64,000 bases of DNA, taken from contig OZ220732.1 of the NCBI GenBank assembly GCA_965116905.1, positions 3,872,001 to 3,936,000 on the forward strand, in the 5' to 3' direction. This document shows, one piece after another, positions 1-10,600 of the stretch. Position numbers and translations under genes: made by a program. This stretch comes from Longimicrobiales bacterium. GTDB lineage: Bacteria; Gemmatimonadota; Gemmatimonadetes; Longimicrobiales; Gaopeijiaceae. The notes under the pieces are model-generated. The model was not told the origin of the DNA, made no database searches, and saw only the letters and a program-made list of their open reading frames with translations. Position 1 is the stretch's first letter. Each line of letters opens with the position of its first letter.

Positions 1-1088
1 GCGCTCTCGGGACCCACGTGTATGCGATCCAGGTCGTCCACCCCCGCGATCGACCCGCCCCCGGCCCCGATCTCGACCATCTCGATCACCGGAATCCGCA
101 CGGGCAGCCCGCTGCCCTGCTTGAAGCGGTAGCTGCGCGCCACCTCGAAGGTCCGCGAGTGGAGCGGCTCGCCCCCGTCGATCACGCAGAGCTTGGCGGT
201 CGTGCCCCCCATGTCGAACGAGAGCACGTCGCCCAGCTCCAGCTCGCGTGCCAGATGGCTCGCAAGGATCGCACCCCCGGCGGGACCGGATTCCACCAGA
301 CGAACCGGTGCCGCGACCGCCGTCTCGAGCGTCGTCAGGCCGCCCCCCGAGGTCATGAGCAGGAAGGGGCAGTCGAGCCCCGATTCGCGCAGCGACTCCG
401 CCAGCCCCTGGAGATAGCGCGACATGAGGGGCTGGACGTACGCGTTCGTGCAGGCCGTCGAGAGACGCTCGTACTCCCTGACCTCCGGACAGACATCGGA
501 GGCCAGCGTGGTGAAGAGATCGGGACGCTCCTCGGCGAGGATCGCGCGGATCCGCTGTTCGTGCGCGGGGTTGGCGTACCCGTGGATCAGACCCACCGCG
601 AGGGACTCGATCCCGTGTTCGTCCAGGACCGGCACGAGCGCCCGGACGGTGTCTTCGTCCAGTGGAACCAACACGCGTCCGTGTCGGTCCACGCGCTCGC
701 GTACGGGCAGCCGCAATCGCCGCGGTACCAGCGGGGGCGGCCGGTCGACGCCGATGTCGTACTGCTCGAAGCGGTTCTCCTGGGCCATCTCGATGGCGTC
801 GCGGTGCCCCTCGGTGACGATGAGCGCGGTGCGCGCGCCCTTTCGCTCGATGACGGCGTTGGTCGCCAGGGTCGTGCCGTGAATGACCAGCCGCACGGCC
901 GATGGAGGAACCGCGGCGATGCCCATCACTTTGTGAATGCCTTCGAGCACGCCTTGCTGGGGCGCGGCATGGGTCGTGAGCACCTTGGTGGTCACGAGTC
1001 GGTTCCCCGTCTCCAGGGCGATGTCGGTGAAGGTCCCCCCGATGTCGATCGCCAGTCTCGCGGCAGGCCCGTCCGCGCCGCCGCTCAC
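1..1088 (-). CDS. Hydantoinase A / 5-oxoprolinase ATP-binding subunit family (runs off window start)
   Basis: Manual minus-strand translation from GTG at 1088 (overlaps SDR stop): LAIDIGGTFTD...HGTTLATNAVIERKGARTALIVTEG; later SFDMGGTT. Absent from the ORF track because there is no stop in the window. Confidence 0.9.
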   Translation of the reverse strand, partial: MSGGADGPAARLAIDIGGTFTDIALETGNRLVTTKVLTTHAAPQQGVLEGIHKVMGIAAVPPSAVRLVIHGTTLATNAVIERKGARTALIVTEGHRDAIEMAQENRFEQYDIGVDRPPPLVPRRLRLPVRERVDRHGRVLVPLDEDTVRALVPVLDEHGIESLAVGLIHGYANPAHEQRIRAILAEERPDLFTTLASDVCPEVREYERLSTACTNAYVQPLMSRYLQGLAESLRESGLDCPFLLMTSGGGLTTLETAVAAPVRLVESGPAGGAILASHLARELELGDVLSFDMGGTTAKLCVIDGGEPLHSRTFEVARSYRFKQGSGLPVRIPVIEMVEIGAGGGSIAGVDDLDRIHVGPES

Positions 1089-1882
1089 GCCTTCTCTCCG
1101 TCCTCGCGAACCGGTACGGTGTAGTTGAGGGACAGCCGGCCGCCGTCCGGGTAGATCGTCTCGCCGGTCAGGTAGGAAGCGTATTCGGAGGCCAGGAAGA
1201 CGGCGACGCTGGCGACCTCGGCGGGATCGCCGATCCTCCCCATGGGCGTGCGCGACAGAATCGTTCGCCGGGCTTCGTCGTTGGCGATCACCACCTTGAG
1301 CATGTCGGTGAGGATCGTGCCCGGCCCGATCGCGTTGACGCGGATGTCGTGCGGCGCGAGGGCCATCGCCATCGCCTTGGTCATCTGCGCGACGCCGCCC
1401 TTCGAGGCCGCGTACGCCATCTGGTCAGGAATCGTGACGACGGCGTTGGTCGAAGACATGTTGATGATGACGCCCTTCGTCCCCCGATCCACCATGTGGC
1501 GCGCGACCTCCCGGCTGACCAGGAAGGTACCGCGGAGGTTTACCGCGATGACGCGGTCGAAATTCTCCACCGTGGCGTCCAGGATGGAGCCCGGAACGAT
1601 GATCCCGGCGTTGTTGAGCAGGATGTCACAGCCGCCGAAGCGGTCGACGCACGCCTCGAGCAGCGCCGCACAGTCCCCCTCGTCGCTGACGTCGGCGCGG
1701 ACGGCGAGGGTGGCCGCGCCGGTCTTGTTGGCCACCTGCCTGGCGGTCTCCGCGCACTGTTCGGCGAGAACATCGGCCAGCACCACGGCGGCACCGTGTT
1801 CGGCAAACGCCCGGGCGCACGCGGCGCCGATCCCCCTGGCCGCGCCGGTGACGACGGCGGTCCTTCCCTCGAGCGAAATCAC
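1085..1882 (-). CDS. Short-chain dehydrogenase/reductase (SDR)
   Basis: TGAARGIG, NNAG, YAASK motifs. Confidence 0.92.
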   Translation of the reverse strand: MISLEGRTAVVTGAARGIGAACARAFAEHGAAVVLADVLAEQCAETARQVANKTGAATLAVRADVSDEGDCAALLEACVDRFGGCDILLNNAGIIVPGSILDATVENFDRVIAVNLRGTFLVSREVARHMVDRGTKGVIINMSSTNAVVTIPDQMAYAASKGGVAQMTKAMAMALAPHDIRVNAIGPGTILTDMLKVVIANDEARRTILSRTPMGRIGDPAEVASVAVFLASEYASYLTGETIYPDGGRLSLNYTVPVREDGEKA

Positions 1883-1919
1883 GGGATGAGCAGAATCACG
1901 GGATGAGCAGAATCACGGG
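1877..1919. repeat. 17-bp tandem repeat (2.5 copies) over the SDR start codon
   Basis: aatcacgggatgagcag at 1877 and 1894, partial copy at 1911. Confidence 0.9.
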
Positions 1920-1946
1920 CTGCCATGGGCTCCGAGGCGTCGGGGG

Positions 1947-2417
1947 TCAACCGTAGGGCATCGGCGACACCTTGCCGAGGAGCCGCGCGTAGACCGTCAG
2001 CGCTCCCCGGTGGTGGGCCGTATGATCCGCGATGGCACCGACGATGGCGGCGCGTGGCGCACCCCGCATGATGCGCTCGTCGGGGATGGGAGCATGGAGG
2101 ACCTCGTCGGGCGCAGCCTCGATGGCGGAGATGGCCGCGGCGTAGGCGCGGTCCAGCCACGCGTTCGCGTCGGCCAGGGACGTGACGGCCCTGGCGGCCG
2201 CGATGAGGCCCTCGAAGTCCATGTTCCAGCCCTCGCCGAACGCCCCCTCCACGAACCAGTCGACCGAGTCGGCGGCGTGCGCGATATGACCCGCCACCGT
2301 GTAGAGCTCGGGTTGGGGCGCGAACCCCGAGTCATCTTCGTCGAAAACCGATATCGTGGTCTTCATGTACTTGAGTGACGTCTGAAGCTGGGTGACCAGG
2401 GGGGCGGCGGCCGACAT
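1947..2417 (-). CDS. DinB family protein
   Basis: HIAH and HTAHHRGAL metal-binding His motifs; about 156 aa from ATG 2417. Confidence 0.85.
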   Translation of the reverse strand: MSAAAPLVTQLQTSLKYMKTTISVFDEDDSGFAPQPELYTVAGHIAHAADSVDWFVEGAFGEGWNMDFEGLIAAARAVTSLADANAWLDRAYAAAISAIEAAPDEVLHAPIPDERIMRGAPRAAIVGAIADHTAHHRGALTVYARLLGKVSPMPYG

Positions 2418-2536
2418 GTTCACCTGTCCTGTGCGATCGCGAAGGTTGCAGGAACGGGCGGCGGAGTTGTCGCCCGGGGTTGCCAAGTCTAGCTTGCCGA
2501 CTTGCCGACGCCAATCCCCTCAGCCCGGCCGGTTCC

Positions 2537-3859
2537 ATGAAGCGCACGCCATCGCCCCGCAGGCCGCTCTCCGCGGCCTCGTTCCCGCTCCTCACCGCCC
2601 TCGCCAAGCTCACCACGCTTGCGACGCTCGCGACCCTCGCCCCGATCGCGGGCATCGCCCAGGAGCTGCCGAGAATCGCTCCCGAAGAGGCGGGCTTCGA
2701 GGCAGACCGCCTGTCGCGGATCGAGGAGATCCTGCACGACTACGTATCGCAGGGCGAGCTTCCCGGCGCGGTCGTGGCCGTCCTCCGCAACGGGGCGGTC
2801 GTGTACGAGCAGGCCGTCGGCTACAGCGACGTGGAAACGGGCGCGCCGCTCGCGACCGACGCCGTCTTCCGCATCGCGTCGCAGTCGAAGGCCGTCGTCA
2901 GCGTCGCCGTGATGATGCTTCAGGACGAAGGCGCGCTTCTGATCAGCGACCCGGTCGGCAAATACCTTCCCGCATTCGCACAGACGACGGTGGCCGTGCC
3001 CGGAGAGGACGGCGCGTACAAGGTGGTGCCGGCGGACCGAGCGGTCACGATCCGCGACCTCCTGACCCATACGGCCGGCATATCCTACGGCTACGGACCG
3101 GGCGGCGACCGCTGGCAGGAGGCGGACATCACCGGGTGGTACTTCGCCCACCGGGACGAACCCGTCCGCGAGACCGTGGACCGCATGGCGGCCCTGCCGT
3201 TTCAGGCCCAGCCGGGGGACCGGTTCGTGTACGGCTACGCCACCGACATTCTCGGCGCCCTGGTGGAAGAGGTCTCGGGCCTCTCGCTGGACAGGTTCCT
3301 CGCGACGCGCCTCTTCGAGCCCCTGGACATGCGCGACACCCACTTCTATCTGCCACCCGGCAAGGAAGACCGGCTGGCCGCGGTGCACGGCCACGACGCC
3401 GCCGGCAAGCTGATTCGCTCGCCCGAGGGACCGGGGATGGACACGCAGGGACAGTACGTGAACGGACCCCGCGCGAGCTACTCGGGTGGCGCGGGCCTGC
3501 TCTCCACCGCGCGCGACTACGCCCGCTTCCTGCAGATGATGCTGAACGGCGGCTCGCTCGGAGACGCCCGCATTCTGTCGCCCGCGAGCGTGGCACTCAT
3601 GACCGCCAACCACGTCGGCGACCTGCTCGGTCCCGGCAGCGGCTTCGGCCTGGGTTTCCAGGTGCGCCTGGATCTGGGGGCGTCCGGCCAGCCCGGTTCC
3701 GTCGGCGACTACGGTTGGGGCGGCGCCTATCACACGACGTACTGGGTCGATCCGGCAGAGCAACTCGTGGTCGTGTACTTCACTCAACTCCGCAGCGTCC
3801 GGCAACCGGACGACCACGCCAAGCTGCGTGCGCTCGTTTACGGCGCGCTATCGCGATAA
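2537..3859 (+). CDS. Serine hydrolase, beta-lactamase class C-like, secreted
   Basis: FRIASQSK (SxxK), LLTHTAG, WGG motif, signal peptide. Confidence 0.9.
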   Translation: MKRTPSPRRPLSAASFPLLTALAKLTTLATLATLAPIAGIAQELPRIAPEEAGFEADRLSRIEEILHDYVSQGELPGAVVAVLRNGAVVYEQAVGYSDVETGAPLATDAVFRIASQSKAVVSVAVMMLQDEGALLISDPVGKYLPAFAQTTVAVPGEDGAYKVVPADRAVTIRDLLTHTAGISYGYGPGGDRWQEADITGWYFAHRDEPVRETVDRMAALPFQAQPGDRFVYGYATDILGALVEEVSGLSLDRFLATRLFEPLDMRDTHFYLPPGKEDRLAAVHGHDAAGKLIRSPEGPGMDTQGQYVNGPRASYSGGAGLLSTARDYARFLQMMLNGGSLGDARILSPASVALMTANHVGDLLGPGSGFGLGFQVRLDLGASGQPGSVGDYGWGGAYHTTYWVDPAEQLVVVYFTQLRSVRQPDDHAKLRALVYGALSR

Positions 3860-3910
3860 GTTGTCTGCGTAAGTCTCCAACTCGACTTCGGGCAGGGAGA
3901 ACAGGTCAGG

Positions 3911-5017
3911 ATGATTCTCATTGACCGGCATACGAGCACCGGCAAGGGTCCGTTCCAGGCCACGCTGCGGATCAAGCCGGCGTCACGCGTGCAGCTGATC
4001 GACGTCCGGGGCAGGCTGCGTGAGGAATTCGGAGACGAGTTCACCCGCTTTACCAAGTCCTTCTACATATCAAACCACACCACCGCCGGGTATCTGGACC
4101 AGCGCCTCGCGGAGCTCCTGGAGCACGACGGCCAGGGGATCGAGGGCTACCTGCAACTCTTCCAGCATCTCTTCCCGCCGGGCGCGGACTACGTGCACGA
4201 CACGATGCACCTGCGGACCGAGCTGACGGAGGAGCAGCGGGCCAACGAGCCGCTCAACGCCGATTCCCACCTGACGTTCATCGGCGCGGGTCTGCGGAAC
4301 TCGGCTTCGTACGAGCTCGACGGGCCCGAGCCGGTCTGGTTCGTGGAGCTTGACGGCGTTCATGTCGGGGGCACGCGCCACCGGCGCACGACGGTCGTGG
4401 CCTACGACGGCGAGGACGAGGTCGTCCGCCTCATGGTGCCCGTCAAGTCGTCGCCACACCCCATCGATGCGCAGAATCTCCGCGACGCCGAGCTGGGCTT
4501 CATCGGCGAACTGGAGGCGCTGGTGGAGAAGCACGGGGTATCGTTCGGACGGTTCGACGTGCTCCTGCCCGACGAGGAGCAGGACGCGGGACTGACGGTG
4601 AACGAATACGAGACCCTGCTCATGAATCACGACCTGCGCGAAGCCCTGAAGAACCCCTTCCGCTTCATGGCCCGGACCGGGAGGGACGTGACCGGCGCGC
4701 TGCGCGACCCGCGGACCCTGCCCGCCAAGGCGCTTAACTTCGCGCAGTTCGATGCCCTGCAGGTCCTCAACAAGCTGATGGACACCACGCGCCTGCGGGA
4801 ATCGATGGTGGAACGCGTGGTCAACCGGGCACTGGCGCTCCCGGTGTCACACTTCCTGCGCATGAAGCGCGGGTTCAGCCTGCCGGTGCTGGACCGAACG
4901 GGCGACGGGAGCGGCGAGATCGGCTGGGGCACCTACCAGAGCCCGATCCTTGTCCAGTGGAAGGCGCCCCCGCGCCCGATCCGGGAGTTGGAGGTCAGGC
5001 TGGTGAGGTTCGTGTAG
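3911..5017 (+). CDS. YjbQ/UPF0047-like protein, apparently two domains
   Basis: HTTAG and NADSHL in the first half; AGLTVNE and GWGTYQ in the second half. Confidence 0.6.
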   Translation: MILIDRHTSTGKGPFQATLRIKPASRVQLIDVRGRLREEFGDEFTRFTKSFYISNHTTAGYLDQRLAELLEHDGQGIEGYLQLFQHLFPPGADYVHDTMHLRTELTEEQRANEPLNADSHLTFIGAGLRNSASYELDGPEPVWFVELDGVHVGGTRHRRTTVVAYDGEDEVVRLMVPVKSSPHPIDAQNLRDAELGFIGELEALVEKHGVSFGRFDVLLPDEEQDAGLTVNEYETLLMNHDLREALKNPFRFMARTGRDVTGALRDPRTLPAKALNFAQFDALQVLNKLMDTTRLRESMVERVVNRALALPVSHFLRMKRGFSLPVLDRTGDGSGEIGWGTYQSPILVQWKAPPRPIRELEVRLVRFV

Positions 5018-5024
5018 CGGGGAT

Positions 5025-6299
5025 TCAACCCTCGCCGGGAAGACGCAACTCGTGCATGACGACCGTCTCGATCCCGAGATCGCTGGCCGACACTCCGAGC
5101 GCGTAGTCGGCCCCGAACTCCCAGACCGAGAAGCCTGCCGCCTCGCCGGGGCGTTCGAGGTGGCAGAGGAACTCGCCGTCGCGGGAGAAGGCCATGGCGC
5201 GTGTCGGGCCCGCCCCCGGCCGCCGGTACGGCCAGACCCAGAGACGCCCATCGCGGCCGACCTGCACGTCTGAGATGGCCGGCATCACGTCGGCTATGGG
5301 TCGCTCGGGGCTGATGTTCGGACCGTCGTAGTCGTCGTCCCAGATGTTGCTGCCCGTGCTGCGCCGCCTGATGTATTCCTCGCGCCAGGTGCGCACGTCG
5401 GCGGGGGTCACTTCCTGATCAGGAACTTGCCAGCGAACGATGGAGCGGAGGTTGAACGCCTCGTCCAGCAGCCGCACCTCGGCGGTCGCGGTGTGCGCGA
5501 GCGCGATCGTCCGCTCCCTGGCGTCGACACGGGCAAGGGGATCGAACAGGACACCTATGTAGTAGTTGTAAGCCTCGGTGTCCGGAGCCGGTCCGAGCCT
5601 TCGCGTCGGGAGCCGCGAGAGAACCCCGACCCGGTTGCCGTCCCGGTCGTGAACCTCAACGACCGCAGTGTCGGGTTTCGTGAAATCACGGCTGCGCGGC
5701 GACTTTTCGAGCGAGTTCACCGACACGCCGTTGTCGAGCACCCCGCCGCCGCGCGACGGGTTCGGGTAGATCGGGTCGAGCGCGACGTTGCGGACCCACT
5801 CGCCCGCGGCTGTGAAGACGACGTAGCGGTAGGGCCGGTAGTCCCCGACCCAGATCGTGTCGCCCGGCAGCACCCAGAGTACGAAGGGATCCTGGAATTC
5901 GCCGGGCCCCTCGCCGTGACGGCCCATCGAACGCAGGTGCCGCCCATCCGGAGCGAAGATCCTCACCTCGGCGCTCGTCCGGTCCGCGACCGCTACCGAG
6001 CCGTCCGCAAGCCGGCCCACGCCCCGAACGCTCGAGAACCACTGCGTGTCGTCGTTCTCATCGTCCCCAACACTGAAGATCGGCGTCTCGCTCAGTGTGC
6101 ACGCCGCCGTGTACGTCGCAGGGTCGCTCGTCACGATCCGCACCCCCGCGCTGTCGATCGCGATCATGGGGACCGGCGGCTCTCCCGCGTCGCAGGCAGC
6201 GGCGGTCAGGGCCGCGAGGAGGAGGACCGGTGCGCGGGGCGGAAGGCGCAGGTCCGGGGGAACACGCGCCGTCCGCTGTTGTCCGACCGTTCCGTTCAT
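5025..6299 (-). CDS. 6-bladed beta-propeller lipoprotein
   Basis: LTAAAC lipobox-like; GRHGEGPGEF motif; start uncertain. Confidence 0.75.
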   Translation of the reverse strand: MNGTVGQQRTARVPPDLRLPPRAPVLLLAALTAAACDAGEPPVPMIAIDSAGVRIVTSDPATYTAACTLSETPIFSVGDDENDDTQWFSSVRGVGRLADGSVAVADRTSAEVRIFAPDGRHLRSMGRHGEGPGEFQDPFVLWVLPGDTIWVGDYRPYRYVVFTAAGEWVRNVALDPIYPNPSRGGGVLDNGVSVNSLEKSPRSRDFTKPDTAVVEVHDRDGNRVGVLSRLPTRRLGPAPDTEAYNYYIGVLFDPLARVDARERTIALAHTATAEVRLLDEAFNLRSIVRWQVPDQEVTPADVRTWREEYIRRRSTGSNIWDDDYDGPNISPERPIADVMPAISDVQVGRDGRLWVWPYRRPGAGPTRAMAFSRDGEFLCHLERPGEAAGFSVWEFGADYALGVSASDLGIETVVMHELRLPGEG

Positions 6300-6404
6300 G
6301 GTGCGCGTCCTTCGGATCCCTGGCATGATCGTGGTTTGCGTCGACACCGCCCGACCGCAAGTTACATCAGGTGTAACCATGCCGCATCCGAATCCGGAGT
6401 CGTG

Positions 6405-6839
6405 ATGGCCCAACTGCAGAACTACGCGAACCACGCCAGGCGCCCGCCACTGCTGTTCCTCGCGGGGTGCTACCTCTCAACGGCCGCTACGCTGGGCATC
6501 GGCTACCTGCTCGTCGTGGATTTCAGCGCAGGGACCCTGGCCCTGTTCGTGGTCGCGGCCTGTACGGCGATCGGTCTTCTCTATGCGCGGCGCTTCTCAA
6601 CCGGCGTTCAGGACCGGGTGATCCGCCTGGAGGAGCGCCTCCGGCTGGAGAGGATTCTGCCGGACGAACTGCAGGGCGAAATCGGGCAGCTGACGACGGA
6701 CCAGCTCATCGGTTTGCGCTTCGCCTCCGACGCGGAGCTGGCCGGATTGGTCCGCCGGGTCCTCGCGGGCGAACTGACGGACCCGAAGTCCATAAAGCAG
6801 GCCGTCGAACACTGGCGCGCCGACCATCAGCGCGTCTGA
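6405..6839 (+). CDS. Conserved membrane protein (DUF6526-like)
   Basis: QNYANH...QDRVIRLEERLR...LRFASD...W.AD..RV pattern; two TM segments. Confidence 0.7.
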   Translation: MAQLQNYANHARRPPLLFLAGCYLSTAATLGIGYLLVVDFSAGTLALFVVAACTAIGLLYARRFSTGVQDRVIRLEERLRLERILPDELQGEIGQLTTDQLIGLRFASDAELAGLVRRVLAGELTDPKSIKQAVEHWRADHQRV

Positions 6840-6856
6840 AAAGAGGGCCGCAAGCG

Positions 6857-7633
6857 CTACACCAGCGACCGCCCCTGTGCCCCGTCCACCGCCACGCACG
6901 CCCCGGTGATCAGGCTCGCGCGCTCCGACGCCAGGAAGGTCACCACATCCCCCACCTCCTCACCCTTCCCGAACCGCCCTAGCGGCAGGTTCGCCCGCAC
7001 GAACGCCCGCATCCCGTCCGGGTCGGCCTTCACCCGCTTGTCCCAGCTGCCGCCCGGGAACTGGATCGACCCGGGCGCCACGCAGTTCACGCGGATCGCG
7101 TCCTTCGCCAGCTCCAGCGCCATGATCCCGGCTGCCGAGATCAGCGCCGTCTTGGTCGTGTTGTAGATCGACAGCCCGGGTCCGCCCTTTTCCCGCCCGA
7201 AGACCGACGACACAAACACGATCGAGCCGCCACCCGCCTCGCGCATCAGCGGAATCGCCAGCCGCGCGGCCCGGAAGCCCGACAGCACGTTCAGCTGGAT
7301 GATGTCCAGCCAGTCCTGGTCGCTCGTCTCCTCGAAGCGGCCGCGCCGGTTGCCGCCGACGTTGTTGACGAGGACGTCGAGGGCGCCGAAACGGCCGCGC
7401 ACGGCGTCGACCAGCTCGGCCGCGCCACCCTCTTCGGCGATGTCGCACCGCACGGGCAGCACCTCGGCGCCCTCGCCCCGCAACGTCTTCGCCGCCGCCG
7501 CCAGCCCCTCCTCGCCACGCGCGCAGATCGCCAGCCGCGCGCCCTCGGCCGCCAGCGCCCGCGCACTGTAGAAGCCGAGGCCGCGGCTGCCGCCCGTGAC
7601 AACCGCGACCTTTCCGGCAAGTCCCAGGTCCAT
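6857..7633 (-). CDS. SDR oxidoreductase
   Basis: TGGSRGLG, NNVG, YNTTK. Confidence 0.92.
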   Translation of the reverse strand: MDLGLAGKVAVVTGGSRGLGFYSARALAAEGARLAICARGEEGLAAAAKTLRGEGAEVLPVRCDIAEEGGAAELVDAVRGRFGALDVLVNNVGGNRRGRFEETSDQDWLDIIQLNVLSGFRAARLAIPLMREAGGGSIVFVSSVFGREKGGPGLSIYNTTKTALISAAGIMALELAKDAIRVNCVAPGSIQFPGGSWDKRVKADPDGMRAFVRANLPLGRFGKGEEVGDVVTFLASERASLITGACVAVDGAQGRSLV

Positions 7634-7637
7634 GCCG

Positions 7638-10600
7638 TCAGCGCCCCGCGCCGTCGTCCGAGATGTTCGCGCGCAGCAGCCGCTCCAGCCGCGCCACGTG
7701 CCCTTCCAGCGCCGTGTTCAGCTGGTCGTACCGCACGATCGCGTCCTGCCCCGGCTCCTGGTCGGCGCGCGTGAGGTTGCTGTACAGGTACTGGAGCTGA
7801 TCCACGAGCATGGGACGCGAGTAGCGGATCGGCGCCGTGACGAGTTCGCGCTCGATCGCCTCGATCTCGGCCGCCAGGTTGCCGCCGCCCCGCTCCCGCG
7901 CCTCGTTGATGCGGTGAACGGCGAGCCGGCCCTCGCTCAGCGCGTCCCGCGCCTGCAGCGCCAGCTCCACCTGCCGCTGAACCACGTCCTCGCCGATCCC
8001 CTCGGCCACGACGCGCGGGTCGAGCGTGACCTCGAAGGTACGGCTCGCGTTCCAGTCCCCCGCCGACAGTCGGGCGGTGTAGGTCCCCGGCGGCACCATC
8101 GGACCGCCCCGCCCCGAGCGGATCGGGTTGGGATCCCACGGGCCCGGGTACGAGAGGTCCCAGGTGAAGCGATGGGTCCCGGCGCCGGAAGGCAGCCTCG
8201 GGGTGCCGAAACGCTCCAGGCGCCACTCCCGCATGCCGGGCTCGGCCGGGACCGTGTACTCGCCGGGGCCCTCGTTGGAGAAGGAGCGCACGACATCGCC
8301 GCTCGAGGCCACGATGTCGAGCGTGATGGGTCCCGCCACTTCGTCCGTCAGCATGTAGTCGATGTGGGCGCCGGCCGGCGGATACTCGGGCTCATGCGGG
8401 TCGCGCGCGCGGAAGCCGCCGAAGCCGCCGCCGTAACGCAGACGATGAGCATCGCGGATTTCGAAGAGGTGCGCGCTAGCGCTGGCTACACGGTCGCTGA
8501 GTTCGTGCAGCGGCGTGACGTTGTCCAGGATCCAGAATCCCCGGCCCATTGTCGACAAGACCAGGTCCCCGTGCACCACCTTCATGTCCGTGATGGGCGT
8601 CACCGGAAGGTTCAGCTGGAAGGGCTGCCAGGATCCGCCGTCGTCGAACGAGGCGAACATCCCGAACTCGGTGCCGAGGTAGAGCAGGCCCTCGCGGTCG
8701 GGGTCCTCGCGCACGACGCGGACGGGGTGGTTGTTCGGCACGCCGTTGTCGCCGGTCGTGATCCGCGTCCAGGTCGCACCGTAGTCGTCGGTGCGGTAGG
8801 TGTGCGGGGTGAAGTCGCCCATCATGTAGCGGAGAATGGCCACATAGGCCTTGGCCGCGTCGTGATGGGACACTTCGATCGTCTGCACCCGCCCGTAGGG
8901 GCCGATGCCGGGGGGCGTCACGTCGGTCCAGCTGCGGCCGCCGTCGCGGGTGATGTGCACCGGCCCGTCGTTGGCCCCCGCCCAGATCACGCCCGGCTCC
9001 AGCACCGACTCCTGGATGTCGTAGAGGACCGAGAAGTGCTCCTCGCCGGTGACGTCGATGGTGATCGGCGTGCCCGAGACGACCTGCGTTTCGGGGGTGA
9101 AGGCGGTGAGGTCGGGCGAGATCGTCTCCCAGAGCTGCCCGCCGTTGGTGGTCACGTGCACGAACTGCGACCCGTGATAGACCTTGTTCGGGTCGTGCGG
9201 CGAGACATGGATGGGCACCACGCGCTGGAAGCGGAAGTCCAGGTCGCGCGGGTTGTGCCCGTACAGGTTCCCGAAGCCGACGTAGTACTGCGCCTCCTGT
9301 CCCGTGCGCCGGTTGTAGAGGCCGAAACGACCCTTGCAGTTGGCGTAGACGATGTCCGGATCGCCGGGCTTCGGCACCACCGGCCCGGTTTCGCAGCCTC
9401 CGTGGGCCTCCCACGCCGACTGGGAGCCGCCGGGCTCCGAGCGCTCGGGCAGGGCGGGCACCGAGATCGTCGAATTGTCCTGCTGGCCCGCGTAGAGGCG
9501 GTAGGGGAAGTCGTCCGAGACATCCACCTGGTAGAGCTCGGCGGTCGGCTGGTTGTACTGGGTGGACCACGTCATGCCGCCGTCGAGCGAGACGTTGGCC
9601 CCGCCGTCGTTCGACTGGATCATGATGTCCGGGTTCTCCGGGTTGATCCACAGGTCGTGGTTGTCCCCGTGCGGCGTCCGCTCGGGATTCCAGCTCACGC
9701 CTCCGTCGACGGACTTCCAGTGCCCTTCGGCCATGCCCCAGAGGATGTCGGGATCGGTCGGGTGACCCTCCAGGTTGTTGTAGTAGAACGGCCGGTTGCG
9801 GATCGGCTGGAAGTCGGTGACCTGCCGCCAGGTGGCGCCCCGGTCGTCGGAGCGGTAGACGCCGCCCGCGTCGCCAGGCGCCTCGATGAGTACGTACACA
9901 CGGTCGGGATCGGCCGCGCTGACCGCGAGGTCGGACTTGCCGCGCAGGCCGGTGGGCAGCCCGTCGGTCGCGCGGTCCCAGCTGTCGCCCCCGTCGCGCG
10001 AAATGAAGACGCCACCCTGCATGCCGCCGGAAATGATCGTCCACGGCTTGCGCTCCGCCTGCCACATGCTCGCGTAGATGGTGTTCGGGTCGTCGGGCGC
10101 GAACTCCAGGTCGACCGCGCCGGTGCTGTCCGACACGAAGAGGACGTTCTCCCAGCTCGCACCCCCGTCGCTGCTGCGGTAGATGCCCCGCTCGTCATTC
10201 GGCGTGAAGGGGTTGCCGATTGCGGCCACGTAGACCAGGTCGGGGTTGTCGGGGTGAATGAGGATCGCGCCGGAATTCCCGGTGGCCTCAAGCCCCACAT
10301 GCCGCCAGGTGGCCCCGGCGTCGGTGGATTTGTAGACCCCGTCGCCGATGATCACGTTGCTGCGCAACCCGTCCGAGCCGGTCGACACGTAGACGATGTC
10401 CGGGTCCGAGTCGGCCACGCGAATCGCGCCAATCGAGCCCGTCCCGAAGTACCCGTCCGAGATGTTGTGCCAGCTGTGGCCGTTGTCGGTCGTCTTCCAC
10501 ACGCCTCCCCCGGTGGCACCCATGTAGAAGGTCGTCGGGTGGGCGACGTGGCCGGCGACCGCAGTGACGCGGCCACCCCGTGACGGCCCGACGTAGCGGT

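Noticed and set aside
6361..6377. Palindrome GTTACA-N5-TGTAAC between divergent genes
   Set aside because: Single 6-bp-arm site with no regulator nearby; plausible operator but too little support.
7596..10583. Long antisense ORFs (also 18-1124, 20646-22781, 49568-52402, 53517-55094)
   Set aside because: Shadow frames of real genes, typical of high-GC DNA; no motifs.
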